From the NCBI GenBank assembly GCA_000091165.1, contig FP565575.1, forward strand, positions 2,640,001-2,672,000: 32,000 bases of DNA, read 5' to 3'. A model generated the notes under the pieces. That model ran no database searches. It worked only from the letters and a program-made list of their open reading frames with translations, and was not told the DNA's origin. The position numbers were made by a program, and so were the translations under genes. Of the stretch, positions 8,746-18,319 are shown piece by piece. This DNA is from Candidatus Methylomirabilis oxygeniifera (GTDB lineage Bacteria; Methylomirabilota; Methylomirabilia; Methylomirabilales; Methylomirabilaceae). The first letter of the stretch is position 1, and each line of letters starts with the position of its first letter.

Positions 8746-9423
8746 TCAGGATCCCTCGAGCCCCTCTATCCGTCCGTCACAGAGGGGGATGATCCGACCG
8801 GCCCTTCTCACAGCCTCCGGGCTGTGGGTGGCTAGGACGATCGTCTGACCGTAATCCTGATACAGCTCCTCGAGCAGATCCAGGACCGCGCTGCCTGCCA
8901 CCGAATCCAGGTTTCCGGTCGGCTCGTCGGCCAGGACAACCCGCGGCTCGGCCACGATCGCTCGGGCTATGGCCACCCGCTGCTGTTCCCCGCCGGACAG
9001 CTCATGGGGCCAGTGCTCCGCGCGATGTACCAAACCTACCCGTTGCAGCCCACGCTCAACGCGCCGTTCGACGTCAGCGCGCTGCACCCCATCCAGCAGC
9101 AGAGGCAGGGCGACGTTTTCTCTGGCGGTGAGTGTCGGTAGCAGGTTAAAAAACTGGTAGACGATCCCAACCCTACTCCGGCGAAGCCGCGTCAGGCTAT
9201 CGTCGGACAGGCGATCCAGGCGCTCTCCATCAAGCCATACCTCACCCGACGTCGGCCGGTCGATCCCGGCCATCAGGTTGAGCAGGGTGCTCTTACCGCA
9301 ACCGCTCGGCCCGACCAACGCGACGAACTCCCCCGGCCCGATGGTCAGCGTGACCCTATCCAGGGCCCGCACGAGAACCTTCCCCAGCGAATAGATCTTC
9401 GAAACCTGCTGTAACCTGATCAT
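8746..9423 (-). CDS. ABC transporter ATP-binding protein (LolD/MacB-like)
   Basis: Walker A GPSGCGKST, signature LSGGEQQRVAIARAI, Walker B VVLADEPTGNLD. Immediately upstream of the permease gene on the same strand. Confidence 0.96.
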   Translation of the reverse strand: MIRLQQVSKIYSLGKVLVRALDRVTLTIGPGEFVALVGPSGCGKSTLLNLMAGIDRPTSGEVWLDGERLDRLSDDSLTRLRRSRVGIVYQFFNLLPTLTARENVALPLLLDGVQRADVERRVERGLQRVGLVHRAEHWPHELSGGEQQRVAIARAIVAEPRVVLADEPTGNLDSVAGSAVLDLLEELYQDYGQTIVLATHSPEAVRRAGRIIPLCDGRIEGLEGS

Positions 9424-9665
9424 CTGCGTGTACTCATCTCAATCCCATTATTACGTGGACCTTCCGCCGAGTCAACGCACTCGCTTCCGGATGGTCCCTT
9501 CCAAAGCCAGGAATTCGATTGACAAGCCTGGAGACGGGGGGTATAGATACCTCTATTCCAAATTTGGCTATTCGTCGTACGCTTGATGTGCATGAGGCAA
9601 GGTTGCGCGGTAGGCGCTGCGAGTGGCGCGATCCCAAGGGACATTGTTTGAGGAGGCGAAAGCAA

Positions 9666-10220
9666 ATGGGGAAATCATGGGGGCTTAGGACCATATCGAG
9701 CATAGGATTGCTGTTATCCATCGTGCTTCTGCTCTCAGGCTGCCTGAAGCGTGCAGATCTTGGCGATATGGGAGACTCGACCTCGATGCAATCGGAGGAG
9801 GCAGTGAAACAATCGAAGTCGATTCAGGAGCGTCCGGTTGCAGGAGCGCCCTCGGCGCAGCAACCGGCAACGGCAGGCAAGGAGTCGCCGCTCAAGGATA
9901 TCTTCTTCGATTTTGACAAATCGACCATTCGCGACGATGCGAAGTCAAGCCTCAATGAGGACCTTCAGTGGCTCAACGCGAATCCGACGGCGCAGATCGT
10001 AATCGAGGGCCACTGCGACGAGCGCGGGACGGCGGAATATAATCTTGGTTTGGGCGAACGACGGGCCAAGGCTGCCAAGGACTACGTAATGGCGGCGGGA
10101 ATCAATGCGAAGCGTATCAGGACCGTGAGCTTCGGGAAAGAACGCCCGTTTGCCACAGGTCATGATGAGTCGGCATGGAAGTGGAACCGGCGGGCGCACT
10201 TCGTGGTAGACGAGCGGTAG
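9666..10220 (+). CDS. pal: Peptidoglycan-associated lipoprotein (Pal), OmpA family
   Basis: Track ORF 9519..10220; likely start 9666 (MGKSWGLRTISSIGLLLSIVLLLSGC, lipobox) followed by IFFDFDKSTIRDDAKSSLNED...VIEGHCDERGTAEYNLGLGERRAKAAKDYV. Confidence 0.93.
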   Translation: MGKSWGLRTISSIGLLLSIVLLLSGCLKRADLGDMGDSTSMQSEEAVKQSKSIQERPVAGAPSAQQPATAGKESPLKDIFFDFDKSTIRDDAKSSLNEDLQWLNANPTAQIVIEGHCDERGTAEYNLGLGERRAKAAKDYVMAAGINAKRIRTVSFGKERPFATGHDESAWKWNRRAHFVVDER

Positions 10221-10230
10221 CGCCACGACG

Positions 10231-11556
10231 TTATGAGCGAAAAAAGAAGAGGGTAACCAGGAGAAACAGGGGAAGGAGGATGCCGGCGGTATACTTCATG
10301 TACCCAAAGAAAGACGGCATCTTGACCCCGGCCTCTTCCGCTATCGCCTTGACCATGAAGTTAGGACCGTTGCCGATATAGGTATTCGCTCCCATAGCGA
10401 CGGCGCCGACAGAGATCGCCGTCAGGAGCGTTTCCCCATGCATGCCTCCGGTTATCGCCTTCAGAAGCAGACCCAGATGCGCGGCCTCCGTCCCCATCAG
10501 GCCGCTTGCCATCGATGCGAAGGTCAGATAGGTCGGCGCGTTATCAAGGAAGCTCGAGAGCAACCCCGTCACCCAAAAGAACTGCCATGGGTGCGTAAGG
10601 CCAAGCTCGCCTCCGCGTGACTCCAGGATCACCAGCGCGGGAATCATCGTCGCGAAGATCCCGGCGAAGATCACTGCAACCTCTATGATGGGGGACAGGG
10701 TAAAGTTGTTGGCAGCGCGCGTGTTCTGACGTGTCAGCAGCATAGACAGTCCTGCAAGGATACCCATCCCCACGATCTGCCCTCCCCGACGCGCATAGTC
10801 GGACTGCAGGCCGATCTGGTCACCGAATCGCCCGACCACAAAGGCGACCGTGAGCACGCCCAGTAAGAGCAGGAAGTTTACCTTGCCTTCCACGCTGAGC
10901 TTTTCCCGGGTCTCGAACTCCGTCCTCACAGCCCCCTGGTGTATTGTCTGTTCGGCTGCAAACCGACGCCGGTCCCATAAGTAGAAGATGATGAGGAGTG
11001 TCGTGACCATTAGGATCCAGTGAGGCAGCAGTCGGATCGTCCAGTCGAACGGCACCCCTCGAAGAAAACCGAGGAAGAGCGGCGGATCGCCAAGGGGGGT
11101 GAGCATCCCGCCGATATTCGAGACGATGAAGATGAAGAAGACCATGATATGCACCTGATGCCGCCGCCGCTCGTTCGCGCGAAGGATCGGACGAATCAGC
11201 AACATCGAGGCGCCTGTCGTTCCGATAATGTTTGAGAAGATGGCTCCTGTCGCCAGGACGACGGTGTTGGTGAACGGTGTTCCAGGCAGTGAGCCTCGCA
11301 GGTAGATGCCGCCGGAGATGATGAACAGGGCCGAGAGCAGGGCCATAAATGCCGCATACTCAACCCCCGTTTCAATGAGGCGAGAACTCTCCAGCCTGAA
11401 GATGTAGAATACGACGGGAAGTGCGAAGAGGGCGCTGATGATCCCCTTATTCAGGTTGGATTCCCACCAGTGAGGAACAAGCAGCGGCAGAACCGCGATC
11501 GACAGGAGTAACAGGGCGAATGGGGCCGCCCAGATCAGTCCAAGCTGATGATCCAA
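10231..11556 (-). CDS. Sodium:proton antiporter / citrate-transporter-like (ArsB/NhaD superfamily) membrane protein
   Basis: 441 aa multi-TM; FSNIIGTTGASMLLIRPIL, SNIGGMLTPLGDPPLFLGFLRGVPF, GANTYIGNGPNFMVKAIAEEAG. Confidence 0.88.
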   Translation of the reverse strand: MDHQLGLIWAAPFALLLLSIAVLPLLVPHWWESNLNKGIISALFALPVVFYIFRLESSRLIETGVEYAAFMALLSALFIISGGIYLRGSLPGTPFTNTVVLATGAIFSNIIGTTGASMLLIRPILRANERRRHQVHIMVFFIFIVSNIGGMLTPLGDPPLFLGFLRGVPFDWTIRLLPHWILMVTTLLIIFYLWDRRRFAAEQTIHQGAVRTEFETREKLSVEGKVNFLLLLGVLTVAFVVGRFGDQIGLQSDYARRGGQIVGMGILAGLSMLLTRQNTRAANNFTLSPIIEVAVIFAGIFATMIPALVILESRGGELGLTHPWQFFWVTGLLSSFLDNAPTYLTFASMASGLMGTEAAHLGLLLKAITGGMHGETLLTAISVGAVAMGANTYIGNGPNFMVKAIAEEAGVKMPSFFGYMKYTAGILLPLFLLVTLFFFRS

Positions 11557-11856
11557 TAGCCCCCACCCTCCTTCGCGGCTACAGTGATACCCGGCAGGAC
11601 CAAGAGTGTCGACGTCGATTTTATGTGTGAGCCGTTACCCTACCAGAACGGACGCAGAAGTCAATACGTGTTCGGGGTTGTTGTTGGGCGACTCCGCTGT
11701 GCTATACTGATCTTAGCGTATGAACAGTCTCGGCAGAACAATACGTTTCGTCCACCCCGAGCCTACCGAAAGGGCGGAGGGCAGACAAGAGGTTGTCGGA
11801 CATGCTCCTCGAGGAAAAAATGGGGAGCTTGTCGCTGTGCATGGCTTCGCAGCAGG

Positions 11857-12870
11857 ATGGCAAGGCTGATGAACGGGGTCTTCCGGGTCGCCCACCTCTC
11901 TGATCTCCATCTCACTTCACTGGTCGACGTCACAATCCGCGATCTCCTGAACAAGCGCGCGCTCGGTTACCTGTCCTGGCGCCTTCGGCGCCGTCACGAG
12001 CACGTACCCGCAATCCTGGATGCCCTGCGTCACGACTTGAGCGGGCTGACCCCGGACCATATCGTCATCACGGGCGATCTGACCCATATCGGCCTCCCGA
12101 GTGAATTTCAACAGGCCCAACAATGGCTGGAGACGCTTGGTGCGCCGACCGACGTGACCATTATTCCGGGCAACCATGATGCCTACGTCCGCGCTCCGTG
12201 GGACGATACCTTCGCCTTATGGACGCCCTACATGACCTCTGATCCGGGATCACAGACCGGGGGCCAGCAAGCGCCCGGCGAGTCATTCTTTCCAAGTGTA
12301 CGTGTGCGCGGGCATGTCGTACTGATTGGGGCAACCTCTGCGCGTCCATCCGCTCCGTTTTTCGCTACGGGAAGCCTTGGGACCGCACAGATGGCCAGAC
12401 TTGGCGATCTCCTCGATCTGACCCGCCGACAGGGCCTGTTCAGAATCCTGCTCATCCACCATCCTCCTCTGGCGGCCATAGTCCAATGGCGGAAACGACT
12501 CACCGATGGGGCCGCGTTGATCAGCCTTCTCGCGCGACACGGTGTCGAGATGATTATACACGGACACGCTCATCGCTCTTACGTGGGACATATTCCGTCG
12601 GCGCACGGTGAGATGTCCGTGATCGGGGTCCCCTCTGCTTCTGCGCGCGGGGCAAATCCGGAACGGCGCGCAGCGTACCATGTCTACGAGGTGCGTCCGT
12701 TGTCTCACGGATGGGAGGTTCGGACGTCGGTTCGCAACTACTCCCTGAACGACCGTTGTTTTGTTGCGGGAACGCAGCGAACAACACGGATGCCCGGTTC
12801 GGTCACGGACTTACTGCACACGACGATACACCCACACCGTCACGCCGCCCAGCACGGCCAGCGGGCTTAA
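11857..12870 (+). CDS. Metallophosphoesterase (calcineurin-like)
   Basis: Track ORF 11584..12870; homologous region starts near 11857 or 11869 (MNGVFRVAHLSDLHLTS). Motifs DLHLT, GDLTHIG, IPGNHD, HHPP, IHGHAH. Confidence 0.88.
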   Translation: MARLMNGVFRVAHLSDLHLTSLVDVTIRDLLNKRALGYLSWRLRRRHEHVPAILDALRHDLSGLTPDHIVITGDLTHIGLPSEFQQAQQWLETLGAPTDVTIIPGNHDAYVRAPWDDTFALWTPYMTSDPGSQTGGQQAPGESFFPSVRVRGHVVLIGATSARPSAPFFATGSLGTAQMARLGDLLDLTRRQGLFRILLIHHPPLAAIVQWRKRLTDGAALISLLARHGVEMIIHGHAHRSYVGHIPSAHGEMSVIGVPSASARGANPERRAAYHVYEVRPLSHGWEVRTSVRNYSLNDRCFVAGTQRTTRMPGSVTDLLHTTIHPHRHAAQHGQRA

Positions 12871-13878
12871 GACCGTCAACGCCGCGTTCAGATGCAAAAT
12901 AGCCCCCAGATGAGCAATGAAATGGCTGCCCAGATGAAAGGCGGCGCCGATCAGCGATCCGTGAAGGATCCGCTTGCCGGCAGTCGCTTTCCGAAGCGGA
13001 CCGAGCACAAAGGGGATGGCGACGAGGACCATCATCAGGGTCGAGAGGGGCATCGTCATCTGTTGCCACAGCCGAATCTCCAGACGCGCCACATCCTGGC
13101 CGGTCTTTTTCAGGAATGCGATATACTGGCTGAGAGTCGAACGCGATAAAATCTCGGCGGGCAGGACGAGCAGTTCCGCCTGTGTCGGCGTTAACGACCC
13201 GGCCCAGGAAAGGCTGGCAAGCTGTTTCGATGCGACTCCCCCTCCATCGACCATTCGTTGCACGACATCGATGAGCACCCACCGATGTGAACCCTCAGGT
13301 TCGGCGCGCGCGGCCCATGTCACCAGGCGCAACCGATGGTTATCATCGAATTCGTAGATCTCGACATTGGAGAGAATACGACCGGGCAGCACTTGGTACA
13401 CCCGGATAAATTGCCGCCCATCGCGCGACCAGAACCCCTGTCTGGTATGCAGGGCTTCCGGTTTCGAGATCGCCTGGATGCGGCGCATATAGGCGAGCTG
13501 ATCTGCGGATGGAGCGATCCATTCCTGAACTCCTATCACCGCGATCATGAGGAGAATGCCGGTTACGGTCACCGATGCGCCGATTCGCAGCGGCGAGGTG
13601 CCCAAGGTCTGCATGGCGATAAGTTCGTGGCTGCTCGCCAGTTCTCCCAGGCCGATGATGCTTCCCAGTACGGCGGTCGTCGGCGCCAGTTCGATCATCC
13701 GGCTGGGTATTGTCAGGATGACGTTCAGGAACGCGTCGCCCAGCGTGTAGGTGCCGCGGCCCACCGAGTCCAACTCGTTGACGAGGGCCATCAGACTGAA
13801 GACCGACAACAAGACAGCCATCACAAGGGCATAACCCCTGATCACTCTGAACCAGATATGGCGATCGATCGTACTCAC
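12811..13878 (-). CDS. lptG: LptF/LptG family LPS export permease (LptG-like)
   Basis: Track ORF 12811..13941; plausible GTG start at 13878 (VSTIDRHIWFRVIRGYALVMAVLLS), giving a GTGA overlap with the preceding gene's stop. VNELDSVGRGTYTLGDAFLNVILTIPSRMIELAPTTAVLGSIIGLGELASSHELIAMQTLGTSPLRI is typical YjgQ. Confidence 0.87.
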   Translation of the reverse strand: MSTIDRHIWFRVIRGYALVMAVLLSVFSLMALVNELDSVGRGTYTLGDAFLNVILTIPSRMIELAPTTAVLGSIIGLGELASSHELIAMQTLGTSPLRIGASVTVTGILLMIAVIGVQEWIAPSADQLAYMRRIQAISKPEALHTRQGFWSRDGRQFIRVYQVLPGRILSNVEIYEFDDNHRLRLVTWAARAEPEGSHRWVLIDVVQRMVDGGGVASKQLASLSWAGSLTPTQAELLVLPAEILSRSTLSQYIAFLKKTGQDVARLEIRLWQQMTMPLSTLMMVLVAIPFVLGPLRKATAGKRILHGSLIGAAFHLGSHFIAHLGAILHLNAALTVLSPLAVLGGVTVWVYRRVQ

Positions 13879-14945
13879 GATTGGGTTGTCCGTCTCCACA
13901 GCAGGCTTGCAACCAGGATCGCTAAGAGAAGATGGACCCACCAGATACCCGGAACGGTGCTCACCACTCCCTTTTCAACCCAATGTCTCGCCATCATGTT
14001 CAGGTTATAAAATGTGGCATAGCTTACGACCGACACGAATAACTTCGCGTACTTGCCTTGGCGTGCCCTGGCACGACTGAGAGGGAAGCCTAGCAATCCC
14101 ATCAGCAGGGCAGCCACCGGGGTTGACAGTCGCCATTGAAACTCCGCGATATCCTTGGGTGAAGCTGAGCGCGCTAATTGCCAGGTTGGAGCGGCTTTCC
14201 GCTTGTACTCTTCCGACAGGGTCCGTGCTTTCTCCCACTCGAGAACCAGTTCGTCGGATGTGGCCTGTCGGACTGCGCCACGATCTCGAGAGAGCTCGTA
14301 GATCTGCGCTCCGGAACAGACCAGGGTCCGGCCGGCGCCCGCTTCTACAGCTTCAGGGTAGTGAGCCTCATCCGCCCAAATGAGCCGAATCCGATCCTCC
14401 GAACGAGACTGGATAAAGACCTCCCGCATTCGACCGCTGCTCTGGGCGCGCCGCTGAAAGAACAGGACAGTCCCGGAGGAGTTTTCGTAGAAGTGACCCG
14501 GCTGCATATCGTTCAGATCGACGTCCGCAGCCGCCTCGCGCTCCAGACGATAGCGATTTTCGTTGGCCCATGGTCGGACATAGATGGACAGAAACGCCAC
14601 GATCCCCGCCACGATCAGAGAACCCACACACACGATACGCATGATTCGTGACGGGCTGACACCGGAGCTGAAGAGAGCGGTCATTTCGGAATCGGTATAG
14701 AGACGACCCAGCGTCACGACAACCGACAGGTGCAGCGCAATCGGCAGCAAGAGCTCCAGTGCCACCGCAGCCCTGACCAGGACCAGCGGCAGCACGCTTT
14801 GAAAGGGCATGATGCCGTCGGCTACCCGATTGAGATAACGGACGGCAGTAAAATTGGCGAACAACAATAACAGCCCGCCGCAAAATATCACAAGCGGCTT
14901 GGCGATCTCCCTGGTCAGATACCGATCGAGTAGCAACATGGGCAT
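13875..14945 (-). CDS. lptF: LptF/LptG family LPS export permease (LptF-like)
   Basis: LLLDRYLTREIAKPLVIFCGGLLLLF...LVVTLGRLYTDSEMTALFSSGVSPSRIM...FPLSRARARQGKYAKLFVSVVSYATFYNLNMMARHWVEKG...PGIWWVHLLL. Confidence 0.9.
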   Translation of the reverse strand: MPMLLLDRYLTREIAKPLVIFCGGLLLLFANFTAVRYLNRVADGIMPFQSVLPLVLVRAAVALELLLPIALHLSVVVTLGRLYTDSEMTALFSSGVSPSRIMRIVCVGSLIVAGIVAFLSIYVRPWANENRYRLEREAAADVDLNDMQPGHFYENSSGTVLFFQRRAQSSGRMREVFIQSRSEDRIRLIWADEAHYPEAVEAGAGRTLVCSGAQIYELSRDRGAVRQATSDELVLEWEKARTLSEEYKRKAAPTWQLARSASPKDIAEFQWRLSTPVAALLMGLLGFPLSRARARQGKYAKLFVSVVSYATFYNLNMMARHWVEKGVVSTVPGIWWVHLLLAILVASLLWRRTTQS

Positions 14946-15084
14946 CTACGAAATGTCACAGCTATCCCTTTCAAGATGTGATATGGTATCGTACTGCTGC
15001 CGGATTGCACAAGTCCGCTTTTCTTCAAGACAAGGCCGAATGCCACCGGGCATGGCGGCGTGGGTTCGCAGGAGGAGATTGTCA

Positions 15085-15804
15085 ATGAGGTGTATCATAT
15101 TGAGTGCAGGTCAAGGCCGACGCCTGCTCCCGCTGACGGCGGAGGTTCCGAAATGCGCTCTTCAGATCGGGGGCCAATCGATCGTCGAGCGGCAAATCAC
15201 CCAGTTGATGAAGTGCGGCATCGACCAAGTGACTGTCATCGTGGGTTTCGGGGCCGACAAGGTGGAGCACATCATACGCAGTCATTTCCGGCCGGACCAG
15301 GCGACAACCCTGTATAATCCCTTTTTTGCCGTGAGCGATAATCTGGCCAGTTGCTGGCTGGCCCGTCACCTGATGACCGAGGACTTTATTCTGCTGAACG
15401 GCGATACCCTGTTCGAGCCGGCTATTCTTCAATCTCTCCTGGATACGCCGCTTGAGCCGATCACACTCGTCATAGACCGTAAACCGGCGTATGACGATGA
15501 CGATATGAAGGTGATGGTAGAAGAACGTCAAGCGCTCAGAATCGGGAAGACCTTGAGTCCGGAACAGTCTCATGGAGAGTCGATCGGTATGACGCTGTTC
15601 CGCGGAAGCGGGCCGAACCTCTTCTCCGACGCTATTGAGCGTGCGGTGCGAAAACCCGACGCCCTGACGTGGTGGTATCTCTCGGTCATTAACGAACTGG
15701 CGCAGACAGGTCTGGTCTGGACCTGTCCCGTCGAGGGTCTGAAGTGGGCCGAAGTGGACTGTCTCGCCGACCTTGAGTATGCCAGAAAACTGGCCGTCTT
15801 GTGA
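15085..15804 (+). CDS. Sugar-phosphate/phosphocholine cytidylyltransferase-like nucleotidyltransferase (NTP_transferase)
   Basis: Track ORF 14854..15804; homologous part starts at ATG 15085 (MRCIILSAGQGRRLLPLTAEVPKCALQIGG), then SDNLASCWLARHLM, FILLNGDTLFEP. Confidence 0.87.
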   Translation: MRCIILSAGQGRRLLPLTAEVPKCALQIGGQSIVERQITQLMKCGIDQVTVIVGFGADKVEHIIRSHFRPDQATTLYNPFFAVSDNLASCWLARHLMTEDFILLNGDTLFEPAILQSLLDTPLEPITLVIDRKPAYDDDDMKVMVEERQALRIGKTLSPEQSHGESIGMTLFRGSGPNLFSDAIERAVRKPDALTWWYLSVINELAQTGLVWTCPVEGLKWAEVDCLADLEYARKLAVL

Positions 15805-15832
15805 GCGGAGCAATTCGGCGATCTGAGACCGT

Positions 15833-16633
15833 TTATGAATTGTTGCTCCCGGCCACCGTCTGAGCCAACTCCCAATCACTGATCGTATCCACGTCCAGCG
15901 CAGCCTCAGGAAATGGGAGCATGATGACGTCGATCGAAAGGTTGAGGCGCCGCGAGAGCCCGGCGAGGGCCTGAGGAAGCGACAACCATCCGAAGACAAA
16001 CCTCAAGACCGACGTCCAGCCCAGCATCGAAATGAGTCGGACCGGTTTCTTGCGCAGGCCTTCGACCCGGCTCCAGAACTGTATCAGCGAACGGCCTCGT
16101 GCGGTCAACACCGCATACAGGTTACATCCGCAGACCCCACCGTCCTGGAACTTGAGTACGGTACGCCGCATCGTCGGGTAAGCGGTCGCGACCAGATCGT
16201 GTGCGGCCAATCCGACTACGACATCGGCATTGCCGGCCCGCGCCGCCGAACAAAAGTAGTCGATGACCCGGGCGTTGAGGAGGGCATGGTCCGCCGTCAC
16301 CAGCAGAACCGGATGGTCCTGGGGTAACGACTGCATGACGGTGTATGCGCTGACGCTGGGCGTCGCATACGCCTCGTGCCATGCGACCGCCTCGGACACG
16401 ACCAGACCGCGAAGCTCGTTGTTCATCTCCACTGCCTGCCACTGAGGCCCGCACAGGATACGATCTCCGATCGCTTGCGCCTCAGCCAGGGCGCCCAGTA
16501 CGCGGAGGACCATGGGGACGCCTCCAACAGGAACCAGCGCCTTGCACTGGACTCCCGCTGCGCGAGCCACCGGGTCGTCAGGCGCACGGTCCCCGGCAAG
16601 CACAATCGCGGTAAACGGCTGACTATGACTCAT
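15833..16633 (-). CDS. MobA-like NTP transferase domain protein
   Basis: FTAIVLAGDRAPDDPVARAAGVQCKALVPVGGVPMVLRVLGAL...VLLVTADHALLNARVIDYF; overlaps adjacent GNAT-like gene by 4 bp. Confidence 0.82.
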   Translation of the reverse strand: MSHSQPFTAIVLAGDRAPDDPVARAAGVQCKALVPVGGVPMVLRVLGALAEAQAIGDRILCGPQWQAVEMNNELRGLVVSEAVAWHEAYATPSVSAYTVMQSLPQDHPVLLVTADHALLNARVIDYFCSAARAGNADVVVGLAAHDLVATAYPTMRRTVLKFQDGGVCGCNLYAVLTARGRSLIQFWSRVEGLRKKPVRLISMLGWTSVLRFVFGWLSLPQALAGLSRRLNLSIDVIMLPFPEAALDVDTISDWELAQTVAGSNNS

Positions 16634-17832
16634 TGCAATGCCTTTTCATAGATCCGGTAGCGCTTATACGGTACCCCCCCTATGGTGACCAGCATATTTC
16701 GCATCGGCATGTTGTCCTCCAGGATCCAGGACAGCTCAACCTCTCGGACTCCGCGCCTGATTTCATATTCGCGCACCGCATCGATGAGCATGAAGGCCAG
16801 CGCCGCCCCCATCGCGCCTCCTTGAAAAGACTTACGTACGCCCATTAGAGCGACGCGGGCCGTAGTCGGACGCCGAACCTTGAGCCGCCACAAGAGCTTG
16901 AGCCAGCCGAACGGCAACAAACGTCCATCAAGATCGCGTATCGCTTCATTGAGATTCGGAAAGGCCACGATCATGCCGACGGGCGCCCCGTCGATTTCCG
17001 CAATTTGTACGCACTCATCCTCAACTAATAGTCGCAAGCTGTTCCCCAGATCCTGGAACTCCTCCTCCGTGAAGGGAATGAAGCCCCAGTTTTCAGACCA
17101 CGCGTCCTCGTAGATCTCTTTAAGAATGCGGAGTTCTTCTTTCATTGATGATCTGCGCAACGGCCTGATTCGGACATAGCCGGCAGCTTTCTTCACAACG
17201 GTCCGCATGAGCGCAGGGGGCGTAAAATCGGCAGCCACACGGTAGGCCAGCAGGTCTTTCGAGCCCTGGTATCCCTCGGCGATGATCCGATCGGCATAAT
17301 AGGGGCGGGCATGACCCATCATAATCATGGGCGGCGTCTCGTACCCCTCCACGAGCAACCCGCACTCCTGGTTGATTGAGAGGTTGAATGGACCTCGGAT
17401 GCGTAACATCCCATGGTCGCGCAGCCATGTTTCCGCCGTACTCAACAAGGCGTGAAACGTTTCCGCGTCGTCCTCAGCTTCAAGCAGACCGAAAAAACCG
17501 GTGGCATCCCGATACTGCGCCTCATGCAGCGCGTCAATTTGGGCGCTGATTCGACCGATCGGCTTGGTCCCGCGGTAGGCGAGCCAGAAACAGGAGCGCG
17601 CGTGCGCGAAGTAGGGGTTACGCGGAGAGAACTGCTCCCGACGCTCGATCAGCAAGGGGGGAATCCACGCGGGATCGTCGGCATAGACCGACCACGGGAG
17701 ACGAATAAATCGGTGAAGATCCCGCGATCTGTTTATCGGTACAATGCGTACGGATTCACGAGTGGCTTGTATGGCAGGGGGTGTATCTCCAGGCAGGGTT
17801 GTGGAGTTCCGATCGGCCACTACGCCACCCAT
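16630..17832 (-). CDS. GNAT-fold acyltransferase; candidate bacterial ceramide synthase (bCerS-like)
   Basis: Track ORF 16630..17976; conserved part begins after MGGVVAD (start ~17832 is a guess). RIVPINRSRDLHRFIRLPWSVYADDPAWIPPLLIERREQFSPRNPYFAHARSCFWLAYRGTKPIGRISAQID; resembles the family of the protein assigned as ceramide synthase in Caulobacter. Assignment supported by genomic context. Confidence 0.72.
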   Translation of the reverse strand: MGGVVADRNSTTLPGDTPPAIQATRESVRIVPINRSRDLHRFIRLPWSVYADDPAWIPPLLIERREQFSPRNPYFAHARSCFWLAYRGTKPIGRISAQIDALHEAQYRDATGFFGLLEAEDDAETFHALLSTAETWLRDHGMLRIRGPFNLSINQECGLLVEGYETPPMIMMGHARPYYADRIIAEGYQGSKDLLAYRVAADFTPPALMRTVVKKAAGYVRIRPLRRSSMKEELRILKEIYEDAWSENWGFIPFTEEEFQDLGNSLRLLVEDECVQIAEIDGAPVGMIVAFPNLNEAIRDLDGRLLPFGWLKLLWRLKVRRPTTARVALMGVRKSFQGGAMGAALAFMLIDAVREYEIRRGVREVELSWILEDNMPMRNMLVTIGGVPYKRYRIYEKALQ

Positions 17833-18319
17833 GCGGGAATCGATCTGCTCGCTTTTAACAAATCGTACAGTCCCCTTTCGTTTTTTTGTTGCACAAAACC
17901 GCTCAGTTTTGTATATAATACGCGCTGGCCTTTGGCAGTGACGGCGGTAGACCGGGCAGCTACCTGAGATGGACACTATTATGCACGTTTAGCCATGGCG
18001 TTCAACACATTAAATTGGTTTTATGAGACGGTATGTCTGCCATCCTCGTGCGCGTAGTGAGTGCAGACGAGTATCGCAACGGCGATGTACTGTTGTACAC
18101 CTCAATACGTCAGCTCCCTCAGAAAGGCGTGCGGCGCTGGCGATCTGCCGCCGGTCGTTTTATGCGGGCCGCTCAGCAGGTGGGCTTACCGCCTGCAGTC
18201 GTTACGAAGAGATTGAGCCTGTTCGGTTCCTCTTTAGCCAGTACGTAACAGACCTTTCCGGCGCTGAGAGGTTGGGTTATCAGTCAACTTCGTTTTGTGT
18301 ATAGGGGGGTGTAGGGGGA

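Noticed and set aside
11584-11856. Track N-terminal extension of the metallophosphoesterase ORF
   Set aside because: Sequence before MARLMNGVFRVAHLSDLHLTS is not domain-like; start more plausible at 11857 or 11869.
13343-14883. Long minus-strand ORFs 13343..13912 and 14368..14883, and + strand ORF 13336..14010
   Set aside because: Overlap the well-supported lptG/lptF genes; high-GC shadow ORFs without recognisable domains.
16122-17428. Minus-strand ORFs 16122..16454 and 17120..17428
   Set aside because: Frame shadows of the MobA-like and GNAT-like genes; translations are low-complexity Arg/Gly/Pro-rich.
17413-17967. 184-aa + strand ORF antisense to the GNAT-like gene
   Set aside because: Opposes a strongly supported coding frame; no recognisable motif.
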